Shown here: piece by piece, positions 36,510 to 45,802 of the stretch
Numbering within the stretch: the stretch's first letter is position 1
Layout of the letters: each line of letters starts with the position of its first letter
Origin: Candidatus Latescibacterota bacterium
Lineage (GTDB): Bacteria; Latescibacterota; UBA2968; UBA8231
DNA: 64,000 nucleotides
NCBI GenBank assembly: GCA_964291625.2
Contig: OZ220089.1
Coordinates: 1,824,001-1,888,000, forward strand
Reading direction: 5' to 3'
Notes under the pieces: model-generated
The model's input: the letters and a program-made list of their open reading frames with translations, nothing else
What the model was told of the DNA's origin: nothing
Database searches by the model: none
Made by a program: the position numbers and the translations under genes

Positions 36510-37316
36510 TCAGACCGCCGTGGCCAGGAAGCCGCCGTCGACGCACAGGTCGGCGCCGGTGACGAAGGAGCTGGCCTCGCGGGAAGCCAGGAAGACGGCC
36601 GCTCCCACCAGTTCCGACGGATCGCCGAAGCGCCCCATGGGCGTGTGCGCCAGGATCTGGCGGCCGCGATCGGTGGGCTCCCCGTCCTCCTGGAACAGCA
36701 GCCGGCGGTTCTGCTCGCCGGGGAAGAAGCCCGGGGTGATCGAGTTGACCCGCACCGCCGGCGCCCACTCGCGGGCCAGGAACCGCGTCAGATTGACGAC
36801 GGCCGCCTTGGCCGCCGAGTAGGCCACCACCCGCGACAGGGGCACGTGGGCGCTGATCGAGGCGATGTTGACGATGGAGCCGCGGCCGGCGGCCCTCATG
36901 GGCGGTCCGAAGACCTGGCACGGCAGCAGCACCCCGGCGGACAGGTTGAGATCGAGGCAGTCACGCCAGGCCTGCAGGTCCACCTCCTCGAAGCGGAGCT
37001 GCTCGTTCAGGGTGACGGCGGGCTGGTTGCCGCCGGCGGCGTTGACCAGCACCGATGGCTCGCCGAGCCGTTGCAGGACGAGCTCCCGCGCCTGTGCCAG
37101 CGGCTCCCGGGAACCCGCGTCGCAGGTGATGAAGGCGGCGCGTCCTCCCGCGGCCTCGATGTCGGCGACAACCCGCCCGCCGCGGGTCTCGTTGCGTCCG
37201 GCCACGGCCACCGCCGCTCCGGCCGCGGCCAGACCGCGGGCCATGGCGCCGCCGAGGGCCCCGGTGCCGCCGACGACCACGGCGACCTGTCCGTCGAGGC
37301 GGAAGCGGTCGGTCAC
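36510..37316 (-). CDS. SDR oxidoreductase (gluconate 5-DH/mannonate oxidoreductase-like)
   Basis: 'GGTGALG', 'NAAGGN', 'YSAAK', 'ITPGFF'. Confidence 0.88.
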   Translation of the reverse strand: MTDRFRLDGQVAVVVGGTGALGGAMARGLAAAGAAVAVAGRNETRGGRVVADIEAAGGRAAFITCDAGSREPLAQARELVLQRLGEPSVLVNAAGGNQPAVTLNEQLRFEEVDLQAWRDCLDLNLSAGVLLPCQVFGPPMRAAGRGSIVNIASISAHVPLSRVVAYSAAKAAVVNLTRFLAREWAPAVRVNSITPGFFPGEQNRRLLFQEDGEPTDRGRQILAHTPMGRFGDPSELVGAAVFLASREASSFVTGADLCVDGGFLATAV

Positions 37317-38143
37317 GGCACCCCCCGCAGGCCCCAGCCCGCGGCCACCGCCCTCGACAGCAGGCCGATCAGGCCCCCGAAGACGTTGCCCCAGACGATC
37401 AGCCAGCCGAGGTGGCGGCGCATCACGTGCTCCATCATCTCCTTGACCACGGCGGGCGTCAGCTCCTCGAGCTTGGCCTCCAGCAGCCGGTCGACCTGCG
37501 CCCGCAGGGCCGGGATGCCGGCGGACGGGTCCTCCCGCAGCCGCTCCTCCACCATGGGGGCCAGGCGGTCGATCAGGGCGCCGACGAACTGGTGCGCCAG
37601 GACCTTGACCACGTCGGGGCCGGCCATGCGGATCATCATCCCCATGGGGCCCTGCTTCAGGCTCTCCACCTCCGCCTCGATGGCGGCGTCGGCCTCCTCC
37701 GACTCGAGCAGGGCCCGCATCTCCTCTCCCAGGCGCGGCCCCTCGCCGCGGCCCCCCTGTTCCTCGAAGAACCGGCGCAGGTAGGCCTCGTCGAAGAAGT
37801 GGGTCATGATCAGCGTCTTGATGGTGGCGCGGATCTCGCGGAAGCGGTTGGGGATCACCCCCGACCCGTAGAGGCCGGGCACGCGGTCGAAGAGCATCTT
37901 CACGGCGAGCCAGTTGGTGATGCCGCCGGCGAACCCGAAGAGCCCGGCCGCCAGCGCCCAGGGAGCGGCCGCCACCAGCCAGCCGGGGGTCCCGGGGGAT
38001 CCCGCGGACAGGCCCAGCCCCGCCAGCAGCACCAGCAGAGAGCAGCCGTTGGAGATCTTCCCCTTGGTCCAGAAGCCGGGGTCTTGTCCCCGGAGGCCCG
38101 GGATCTCCGCCGCCGGGCCCGCGGGCGCGGAACCCTCGCTCAC
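37313..38143 (-). CDS. DUF445-like membrane protein
   Basis: 'GGITNWLAVKMLF.RVP', 'HLGWLIVWGNVFGGLIG'. Confidence 0.8.
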   Translation of the reverse strand: MSEGSAPAGPAAEIPGLRGQDPGFWTKGKISNGCSLLVLLAGLGLSAGSPGTPGWLVAAAPWALAAGLFGFAGGITNWLAVKMLFDRVPGLYGSGVIPNRFREIRATIKTLIMTHFFDEAYLRRFFEEQGGRGEGPRLGEEMRALLESEEADAAIEAEVESLKQGPMGMMIRMAGPDVVKVLAHQFVGALIDRLAPMVEERLREDPSAGIPALRAQVDRLLEAKLEELTPAVVKEMMEHVMRRHLGWLIVWGNVFGGLIGLLSRAVAAGWGLRGVP

Positions 38144-39243
38144 GGCAGGCCCCGGTCGGTGGAGGTGTCCGTCCGGTCGCGGTGGCGCTCGAGGGCCAGC
38201 TGGATCAGGCGGTCGATCAGCTCGGCATAGCTGACGCCGCTGGCCTCCCACAGCCTGGGGTACATGCTGATCGGCGTGAACCCCGGCATGGTGTTGATCT
38301 CGTTCACGTAGACCCGTTCCTCCTCGCCGTGGCTGACGAAGAAGTCGACCCGGGCCAGGCCCGCCGCCTCCACCGCCAGGAAGGCTCGCCGCCCGAGGTC
38401 GCGCACCCGCTCCTGGGTCCGCGGGTGGATGCGCGCCGGGATGATGAGATCCGAGTTGTCGTCGAGGTACTTGGCGCGGTAGTCGTAGAACTCGTTGCCG
38501 GGCACGATCTCCCCCGTCACCGAGACCTCGGGATCCTCGTAGCCGAGGACCGAGACCTCCACCTCGCGGCAGTCGGCGGCCTCGGCCTCGACGACGAGCT
38601 TGCGGTCGTAGCGGGCGGCCTCGTCGAGGCCGGCGGTCAGCTCCGCCGCATCCCGCGCCTTGGAGATGCCGACGCTGGAGCCGAGGTTGGCGGGCTTGAC
38701 GAACATGGGATAGCCGAGCCTCTCCTCCAGCTCGCTCCGCACGGCCTCCGGCTCGGCGCGCCAGCGGCTGCGCAGCACCGGGGCGTACTCCACCTGGTCG
38801 AAGCCCTCGGCCTGGAAGACCCGCTTCATCATGTCCTTGTCCATGCCCACCGCCGAGCCGAGGACGCCGGATCCCACGTAGGCGACGCCGGCCAGCTCCA
38901 TCAGGCCCTGCACGGTGCCGTCCTCGCCGTAGGGGCCGTGGAGGATGGGGAAGATGACGTCCACCGCCTGGGTGCCGGCGGTGCCGTTCTGCATGACCAG
39001 ATCGCCCCCCGGGTAGTCGAGGGCCACGGGCTGGAGGCCCTCGCCCCCCACCCGGCCCGCGGCCAGCAGGGCCGTGGCGTCGCCGGCGGCCAGCCAGCGG
39101 CCGTCGCGGTCGATGCCGATCATGGTGACCTCGTACTTCTCGCGATCGATCGACTCCAGCACGGAGCGCGCCGAGGTGACGGAGACCTCGTGCTCGGCGG
39201 AGCGGCCCCCGAAGAGGACGCCGACCCGGATCTTGTCGGCCAT
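38140..39243 (-). CDS. ddl: D-alanine--D-alanine ligase
   Basis: 'FGGRSAEHEVS', 'LHGPYGEDG', 'KPANLGSSVG', 'FYDYRAKY', 'NEINTMPGFT'. Confidence 0.96.
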   Translation of the reverse strand: MADKIRVGVLFGGRSAEHEVSVTSARSVLESIDREKYEVTMIGIDRDGRWLAAGDATALLAAGRVGGEGLQPVALDYPGGDLVMQNGTAGTQAVDVIFPILHGPYGEDGTVQGLMELAGVAYVGSGVLGSAVGMDKDMMKRVFQAEGFDQVEYAPVLRSRWRAEPEAVRSELEERLGYPMFVKPANLGSSVGISKARDAAELTAGLDEAARYDRKLVVEAEAADCREVEVSVLGYEDPEVSVTGEIVPGNEFYDYRAKYLDDNSDLIIPARIHPRTQERVRDLGRRAFLAVEAAGLARVDFFVSHGEEERVYVNEINTMPGFTPISMYPRLWEASGVSYAELIDRLIQLALERHRDRTDTSTDRGLP

Positions 39244-39382
39244 TTGGGGTTGCGCCTTTCTGTGTGGTCAAAGGGGGGGTGTCACGAAGATACACAGGCG
39301 GCCGCAAACCGGCCCCCCGGATCCTTGCCCGGCCGCCGCGGCGCGAGGTAGATTGGCCTGCCCTTGCAGGAGGATCCAACCC

Positions 39383-39781
39383 TTGATCAGAGCCCTGCTC
39401 GCCGTCGCCGCGGGGATCGCCGTCGCCTTCGGCGGCATCGCCCTGTTCCAGTCCCTCGGCCACCAGCTCTACCCGCCGCCCGAGGGCCTCGACCCGTCCG
39501 ACCCGGAGGCGTTCGCCGAAATCGTCGGCCAGATGCCGGTGGGCGCCCTGCTCATGGTCCTGCTCGCCTACGCGCTGGGCACCTTCTGCGGCGCCTGGCT
39601 GGCGGCGCGCATCGCCGGCCGGCCCTTCCCCGCTCTGCTCGTGGGCGGCGTGATGATGCTCGCCGGTATCTCCAACCTGGCGGTGATCCCGCACCCGTTG
39701 TGGTTCATGGTGCTCAGCGTTCTCGTCTTCGTGCCCTCGGCCTGGCTCGCCAGCCGCGTGGCCGGGGTCCACCCCTCGTGA
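39383..39781 (+). CDS. Small 4-TM membrane protein
   Basis: AGGAGG RBS + TTG; 'YPPPEGLDPSD', 'PHPLWF'. Confidence 0.7.
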   Translation: MIRALLAVAAGIAVAFGGIALFQSLGHQLYPPPEGLDPSDPEAFAEIVGQMPVGALLMVLLAYALGTFCGAWLAARIAGRPFPALLVGGVMMLAGISNLAVIPHPLWFMVLSVLVFVPSAWLASRVAGVHPS

Positions 39782-40053
39782 GCGCCGCCCCTGCGCGGGC
39801 GCGAGTGCCCGCCGACGCCCGCACGGTCTCCGTCTTCTGCGCCGGCTGCCGGACGCGGCTGCTGCGCTACCGCAAGGGGGGCGACGGCGGCCTCGTGAAG
39901 ATCCGCCCCGAGCGCATCGCCGAGGACTTCACCGGCGGCGACTACCGCTGCCCACGGTGCGGCCAGCTCTTCGCCCGCGAGCGCGGCCCCGGCGGCGGCC
40001 CCGCCTTCCTCATCGGCGGCAAGGTCTTCACCCGGGGCCTGCGCCGGCGATGA
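39778..40053 (+). CDS. Small Zn-ribbon protein
   Basis: CAGC...YRKGG.GGLVK...CPRCGQ.FAR; GTGA/ATGA overlaps with both neighbours. Confidence 0.7.
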   Translation: MSAAPARARVPADARTVSVFCAGCRTRLLRYRKGGDGGLVKIRPERIAEDFTGGDYRCPRCGQLFARERGPGGGPAFLIGGKVFTRGLRRR

Positions 40054-41345
40054 GCGAATCCTCGGCCTCCCCCGCTCCCGCCTTCGGCCGGACTCGCGAG
40101 GTCGACGTCCTCGTCGTCGGCGCGGGCTCCGTCGGCGTCTGCAGCGCCTGGTTCCTGCGCCAGGCCGGCGCCGAGGTCGTCCTCCTCGACAAGGGGGCCG
40201 TCTGCTCGGGCAGCTCCCATGGCAACGCCGGCCTCGTCGTGCCCAGCCACAGCGTGCCCCTGGCCGAGCCGGCGGCCCTGCGCGCCGGGTTGCGCTACAT
40301 GATGAGCCCGGACAGCCCCTTCTACATCAAGCCGCGCCTCGACGGCGACCTGCTGCGCTGGCTGTGGCGCTTCCGCCGCGCCGCCACCCAGGCCCGCGTC
40401 GACCGGGCGGTCCCGATCCTCCGCGACCTTCACCTCGAGAGCCGCGGCCTCTTCCGCGAGATCGCCGACAGCGGCCTCGACTTCGGCTACGGCGAGATCG
40501 GGCGGCTGATGCTGTGCGACACCCCGGAGGGGCTCGCCGCCGCCGAGGAGGAAGCCCGCCACATGGGCGCCGCCGGCATCGAGGTGGAGAGCCTGGACGC
40601 GGCCGAGGCCGCCGCGAGACTGGGCGGCTTCGAGGTCCGCTGCGTGGGCGGCGTCTTCTACTCCCAGGACTCCCACATGGACCCCGGACGCTTCGTGCGC
40701 GGCCTCGCCGGCCGCGCCGCCGAGGCCGGTGTCACCGTCGTCGAGGGGGCGGAGGTACTGCGGCTGCTGACCCGCGGCGACGCCGTCGAGGCGGTGGAGA
40801 CGACTCGCGGCGCCTTCCGCCCCCGGCAGCTGGTCCTGGCCGCCGGCTCCTGGAGCCCGGAGCTGGCCCGCGGCCTCGGCGTGAAGGCGCCGATCCAGCC
40901 GGCCAAGGGATACTCGGTCACCGTCGAGTCCCCGGAGGGCACGCCGGAACTGCCCCTCATGCTGACCGAGGCCCGGGTGGCGATGACGCCCATGGGCCGG
41001 GGGCGGGTGCGCTTCGCCGGCACCCTGGAGCTGGCCGGCATGGACCTGTCGATCAACCAGCGGCGCGTCGACGCCATCATGCGCGGCGTGCCGCGCTACA
41101 TCCCCCACTGGGACCCTTCGAGCTTCCGCGTCCACGAGGTCTGGCGCGGGCTGCGGCCTTGCACCCCCGACGGCATGGCCCTCCTCGGCCGGCCGCGGCG
41201 GTGGCGCAACGTGGTGGTCGCCGCGGGCCACGCCATGATCGGCCTCTCCCTGGGGCCGGTGACCGGGCGCATCGTCTCCCGGCTGGTGGCCGGCGAGGAG
41301 CCCGGCCACGACCTGGACCTGCTCGATCCCGACCGCTTCTCCTGA
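40050..41345 (+). CDS. D-amino acid dehydrogenase-family FAD oxidoreductase
   Basis: 'VVGAGSVG', 'SHGNAG', 'KGYS', 'W.GLRPCTPDG', 'GHAMIG'. Confidence 0.88.
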   Translation: MSESSASPAPAFGRTREVDVLVVGAGSVGVCSAWFLRQAGAEVVLLDKGAVCSGSSHGNAGLVVPSHSVPLAEPAALRAGLRYMMSPDSPFYIKPRLDGDLLRWLWRFRRAATQARVDRAVPILRDLHLESRGLFREIADSGLDFGYGEIGRLMLCDTPEGLAAAEEEARHMGAAGIEVESLDAAEAAARLGGFEVRCVGGVFYSQDSHMDPGRFVRGLAGRAAEAGVTVVEGAEVLRLLTRGDAVEAVETTRGAFRPRQLVLAAGSWSPELARGLGVKAPIQPAKGYSVTVESPEGTPELPLMLTEARVAMTPMGRGRVRFAGTLELAGMDLSINQRRVDAIMRGVPRYIPHWDPSSFRVHEVWRGLRPCTPDGMALLGRPRRWRNVVVAAGHAMIGLSLGPVTGRIVSRLVAGEEPGHDLDLLDPDRFS

Positions 41346-41356
41346 GAAAGGGCGAC

Positions 41357-42403
41357 ATGCTACCCATCGACCTGGGCAACCTCTACCTCGACCGGCGGGC
41401 GGAGTCCCGCTCCCTGAGCGCCGAGAACCCCGACGGCGCCGTCGGCGGCGGCGCCCGCGCCGAGCCCGGCCCCGGCAGCGCCGCCCGCGACCTCGGCAAG
41501 GGCTGGAAGGTGCGGCCGTGCCTGAAACTGGCCCCCGGCAGCACCACCACCCTGATGGACCACGAGGGACCCGGCGTCATCCGCCACATGTGGTTCACCT
41601 TCCGCAACAGCTTCTACCGCTCGGTCATCCTGCGCATCTACTGGGACGGACAGGACCACCCCTCGGTGGAGGCGCCCCTGGGCGACTTCGGCTGCAACGC
41701 CTGGAACGAGCGCCAGGACGTGCTCGGCGCGCCGGTCAACGTCAACCCCCACGGCGGCATGAACGTCTACTTCCCCATGCCCTTCCGGAAGCACGCCCGC
41801 ATCACCGTGGAGAACGACGGCGTCAACGAGCTGTCCGGGTTCTTCTACACGATCAACTACACGCTGGAGGAGGTCCCGGCCGAAGCCCTCGCCTTCTGCG
41901 CCCAGTGGCGGCGCACGAACCCGCTGCCCTACGCGCAGGAGTACGTCATGGCCGACGGCATCCGAGGCCGCGGCCAGTACGTGGGCACCTTCATGGCCTG
42001 GCAGCAGAACAGCGCCGGCTGGTGGGGCGAGGGCGAGATCAAGATGTTCCTCGACGGCGACGGCGAGGACCCGACGATCTGCGGCACCGGCACGGAGGAC
42101 TACTTCTGCGGCGCCTGGGGCTTCGACCGCCGCGACTTCTCGGGACCCTACGCCGGCTTCCGGCAGGTGGTGAAGACCTCCGGCGAGCCGGGCTGCCGCA
42201 TGACCTTGTACCGCTTCCACGTCCACGACCCCGTGTTCTTCAAGAGCGGCCTGCGGGTCCACATGCAGGCCCTCGGCTGGCGCTCGGAGGGCCGCTACCT
42301 GGCCCTGCAGGACGACATCTCCTCCGTCGTCTACTGGTACCAGACGCTGCCGTCGGCGGCCCTTCCCGAGCTGCCCGACGCGGACGCGCGGGAGGTGATC
42401 TGA
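41357..42403 (+). CDS. DUF2961 / GH172-family protein
   Basis: 'SAENPDG', 'GPGVIRHMW', 'WWGEGEIK', 'GTGTEDYF', 'YRFH..DP', 'YWYQ'. Confidence 0.88.
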   Translation: MLPIDLGNLYLDRRAESRSLSAENPDGAVGGGARAEPGPGSAARDLGKGWKVRPCLKLAPGSTTTLMDHEGPGVIRHMWFTFRNSFYRSVILRIYWDGQDHPSVEAPLGDFGCNAWNERQDVLGAPVNVNPHGGMNVYFPMPFRKHARITVENDGVNELSGFFYTINYTLEEVPAEALAFCAQWRRTNPLPYAQEYVMADGIRGRGQYVGTFMAWQQNSAGWWGEGEIKMFLDGDGEDPTICGTGTEDYFCGAWGFDRRDFSGPYAGFRQVVKTSGEPGCRMTLYRFHVHDPVFFKSGLRVHMQALGWRSEGRYLALQDDISSVVYWYQTLPSAALPELPDADAREVI

Positions 42404-42508
42404 GCCGAAGCTCCCTTCCAGGCCGCGGCTCTGGGAGGGCGGACAGGACGTATCTGCAGTCCGAAAGCTCGGTCTGGTCAGTCCGGCACAAATGTTGCTT
42501 TGGGAGGA

Positions 42509-42537
42509 TTGACCCGCCATGATTCGAGAGCTACTTT
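42509..42537 (+). promoter_or_regulatory. Putative sigma70 promoter upstream of the DUF433/PIN TA pair
   Basis: TTGACC-N17-TACTTT. Confidence 0.45.
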
Positions 42538-42684
42538 CGCAGACTGATTTGCGCCTGCCCGCCCGGGAGTCGCCACCCTCGTTCCCATCCTTCGGCACGA
42601 GACCCAAACGCAAGGGGCCCTTCGACCTTCCCACACCTTCCCAGAGTCTCCCAACGAGGAGCCGGCCACGGTCTGGGGGAGCCA

Positions 42685-43350
42685 GTGATCTTCACTGAGG
42701 ACGTTCGTACTCTGCCAGCCTATGGAGTCGTCGAGGTTGCGCACTATCTGCGCATCCCATCTTCCACATTGAGGTCCTGGTTTCGCGGCGGCCGTGGCTT
42801 TGCGCCCATATTCCATCTTCCAGTGGGCAGCGACCAACTCTCCTTCACCAATCTGGTGGAAGCGCATGTTCTTGGTTTCATCCGGAAGAGACACAGGATC
42901 TCCTTCCAAAGGATGCGTCGCACCATTGACTATATGCAGGGGGCCTTTGCCTCCGGGCATCCCCTTGCCGAACTGGACATAGACACCGACGGCATCGATC
43001 TCTTCGTAACCCGGATTGCAGTATCGAGGAGTGGCCAGTTGGTTCTCCGAGAGTTGATCGAAGCAAGTCTGAGCCGAATTGACAAGGAGGATGGACTTGC
43101 CGTTCGGCTGTTTCCCCTCACCACCAGAGCGGCCGACTCACTGAGCGAACCACGCATTGTCGTAATCGATCCAAGCAAGTCCTTTGGTCGTCCATCCATC
43201 TTTGGAACCGGAATACCCACTGCTGTCATAGCCGAGCGTTTCGGGGCCGGCGAGTCCATCGAAGAGTTGTCCTATGACTATGGGCGAGAGCCGCTCGAAA
43301 TCCAGGCAGCCATCCGGTTCGAAGCCCAAGGCCTCCCCCTCGCCGCCTGA
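42685..43350 (+). CDS. DUF433-domain antitoxin (VapB45-like)
   Basis: HTH 'EVAHYLRIPSSTLRSW', 'LSFTNLVEAHVL', 'IDPSKSFGRP', 'AGESIEEL..DY'. Confidence 0.85.
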   Translation: MIFTEDVRTLPAYGVVEVAHYLRIPSSTLRSWFRGGRGFAPIFHLPVGSDQLSFTNLVEAHVLGFIRKRHRISFQRMRRTIDYMQGAFASGHPLAELDIDTDGIDLFVTRIAVSRSGQLVLRELIEASLSRIDKEDGLAVRLFPLTTRAADSLSEPRIVVIDPSKSFGRPSIFGTGIPTAVIAERFGAGESIEELSYDYGREPLEIQAAIRFEAQGLPLAA

Positions 43351-43738
43351 CCTACCTCCGCTCTTTCTGGATCACTCCATAGGAAGCAGGATTGTTGTAC
43401 AGGTACTTCGAGATGAAGGGGTTGTGGTGCATACACTCGAGGAGCATTTCGACCCCGCCGCGGCTGACGAGAAGTGGATCGCTGAAGTTGGAGAACGCGG
43501 TTGGATTGTGATCACAAAGGATCGAAGGATCAGGTACAGGCAGCATGAGAGGATGGCCGTCAAGAACGCAGGAGTGGCATTGTTCGTACTGATCAGCAGC
43601 AATCAGCGCGGAGAGAGCATGGCCGCTGCACTGGCAAAGGCCGTTCCCCGACTTGGGCGTTTCCTCGCTGCCCACGATAGGCCGTTTATCGCCAAAGTGT
43701 ACCGAGATGGGACGCTGGCCCTGGACTGCAAGCTGTGA
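43274..43738 (+). CDS. PIN-like toxin (VapC45-like)
   Basis: 'LFLDHSIG', 'DEKWI..VGERGWIVITKD.RIRY...ER'; start uncertain. Confidence 0.82.
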   Translation: MTMGESRSKSRQPSGSKPKASPSPPDLPPLFLDHSIGSRIVVQVLRDEGVVVHTLEEHFDPAAADEKWIAEVGERGWIVITKDRRIRYRQHERMAVKNAGVALFVLISSNQRGESMAAALAKAVPRLGRFLAAHDRPFIAKVYRDGTLALDCKL

Positions 43739-43873
43739 GAGTACCGCTCCACCGGGCGCATCTACGGCACTACCGGCGCCAGCGGGAGCTTGTCGTCAAT
43801 GGGGACCCTGCGTACCTTGCGCCGTTCCCCCTTCGCGACGGCAGCGGACCTCCACCGGAGCGCGTAACCGCAC

Positions 43874-44932
43874 ATGGCTGACCGGGTACTCGTCTTCATC
43901 GGCAACTACACCAGCGGTGACGACGCCGCCATCTACTACGGCGAGGCCGACCCTGATTCGGGGGCCCTGCGCATCCACGGCCGCACCCCCTGCGAGGACA
44001 ACCCCTCCTTCCTGGCCCTGCATCCCAACGGCCGGTTCCTCTACGCCGTGAACGAGGTCGCGCACTTCGACGGCGGCGGCGCCGTGAGCGCCTTCTCCAT
44101 CGACGCCGACTCGGGGGCCCTCACCTTCCTCAACCTGCAGCCCACGGGCGGCTCGGCGCCGTGCCACAACACCGTCGACCACAGCGGCCGCTACGTCCTC
44201 AGCGCCAACTACGGCGGCGGCAGCGTCTCCATGCACCCGGTGCGGGGCGACGGCAGCCTGGGCGAGATCTCCGACTTCCATCAGCACGAGGGCTCGAGCG
44301 TCGACCCGGGGCGCCAGCAGGGGCCGCACGCCCACTCGATCAACGTCGATCCCGACAACGGCTTCGCCTTCTGCGCCGATCTCGGCCTCGACGAGATTCT
44401 GGTGTACGCCCTCGACCTGGAGGCCGGCCGGCTGGTCCCCCGCGGCTCGGGCCGGGTGACCCCCGGCGGCGGTCCCCGGCACATGGCCTTCCACCCCAAC
44501 CGTCGCTTCGCCTACGTCATCAACGAGATGTCCAACACCATCACGGTCTTCGCCCGCGGGGACGACGGCGGCTCCCTGATCGAGGTCGAGGAGGTGACCA
44601 CCCTCCCCGCCGGCTACGCCGAGACCACGCACACCTCCGACATCCACCTGTCGTCCGACGGCCTCTTCCTCTACGGCTCCAACCGCGGCCACGACTCGAT
44701 CGCCGCCTTCGCCGTCGACGCCGGCAGCGGACAGCTCACCCTCCTCGGCCACACGCCGGTGCCGTCGGCGCCGCGCAACTTCGCCATCGACCCCACGGGC
44801 CGCTGGCTCCACTCGGGCGGACACCACACGGACCGCATCGCCAGGCTCCGCGTCGACGGGTCGGGCCGGCTCGAGGACACGGGAGAGAGCGTGGAGACCC
44901 CTTCCCCGGTGTGCATCAGGATGCTTCGCTGA
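43874..44932 (+). CDS. pgl: 6-phosphogluconolactonase (Pgl/YbhE 7-blade lactonase)
   Basis: 'NPSFLA', 'PCH', 'ANYGGG', 'PHAH', 'DLGLD', 'GPRH', 'SNRGHD', 'PRNF'. Confidence 0.85.
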   Translation: MADRVLVFIGNYTSGDDAAIYYGEADPDSGALRIHGRTPCEDNPSFLALHPNGRFLYAVNEVAHFDGGGAVSAFSIDADSGALTFLNLQPTGGSAPCHNTVDHSGRYVLSANYGGGSVSMHPVRGDGSLGEISDFHQHEGSSVDPGRQQGPHAHSINVDPDNGFAFCADLGLDEILVYALDLEAGRLVPRGSGRVTPGGGPRHMAFHPNRRFAYVINEMSNTITVFARGDDGGSLIEVEEVTTLPAGYAETTHTSDIHLSSDGLFLYGSNRGHDSIAAFAVDAGSGQLTLLGHTPVPSAPRNFAIDPTGRWLHSGGHHTDRIARLRVDGSGRLEDTGESVETPSPVCIRMLR

Positions 44933-45001
44933 GAAACCGCCCGCCCCGGCTGCGCGTCGGAATCGACAGCGCCGCGAGGCCACGGTCTGAAGGAGGCCAT
45001 C

Positions 45002-45787
45002 ATCCAACCGAACAAGCTCCGCCAGCTCCTCAAGGACGGGAAGCCGACCCTCGGCACCCACGTGCACACCACCTGGCCCAACGTCGTCGAGATCCTGGGT
45101 CAGACCGGCCTCTACGACTACGTCGAGTTCGTCGCCGAGTACGGCCCCTACGACCTCTACGCCTTCGACGACATCTGCCGCGCCGCCGAGCTCCACGACC
45201 TCGGCACGATGATCAAGGTCGAGCAGGAGCCGCGCTCGTGGATCGCCCAGCGCGCCATCGGCTCGGGCTTCGAGTCGGTCCTGTTCTCCGACAGCCGCGG
45301 CGTCGACGACGCCCGAGAGTGCCTGCGCATCGCCCGTCCCGACACCCCGGAGGACGGCGGCACCTACGGCGTCGCCTCGCGGCGGTTCACCCACGCCGGC
45401 TACGGCGGATCGATGGACTACGTGCAGACCCTGCGCGACATCGTCGTCGTCCTGATGATCGAGAAGAAGGGGGCCGTGGAGAGCCTGGATCAGATCCTAG
45501 AGCTGCCCATCGACATGGTGCAGTGGGGGCCGTCCGACTACTCCATGAGCGTCGGCAAGGCCGGCCAGGGAGGGTCGCCCGAGATCAAGGCGGTGGAGAA
45601 GCGCGTCATCGAGGCCTGCCTGGCTGCCGGCGTGCACCCGCGCGCCGAGATCGGCGGCGCCGACGGCGCCAGGTACTACCTCGACCTGGGGGTCCGGCAC
45701 TTCTGCATCGGCACCGACGTCTCCATCCTGTTCAACTGGTGGAAGGCGAACGGCGACGACCTGCGCAAGGCCGTGGACGGTGCCTGA
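45002..45787 (+). CDS. HpcH/HpaI aldolase family protein, apparent ATC start
   Basis: 'PNKLRQLLKDGKPTLGTH', 'LMIEK', 'GPSDYSMS'; AGGAGG at 44991-44996 precedes ATC. Confidence 0.82.
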   Translation: MQPNKLRQLLKDGKPTLGTHVHTTWPNVVEILGQTGLYDYVEFVAEYGPYDLYAFDDICRAAELHDLGTMIKVEQEPRSWIAQRAIGSGFESVLFSDSRGVDDARECLRIARPDTPEDGGTYGVASRRFTHAGYGGSMDYVQTLRDIVVVLMIEKKGAVESLDQILELPIDMVQWGPSDYSMSVGKAGQGGSPEIKAVEKRVIEACLAAGVHPRAEIGGADGARYYLDLGVRHFCIGTDVSILFNWWKANGDDLRKAVDGA

Positions 45788-45802
45788 GAGAAGGGCCTCG
45801 CC

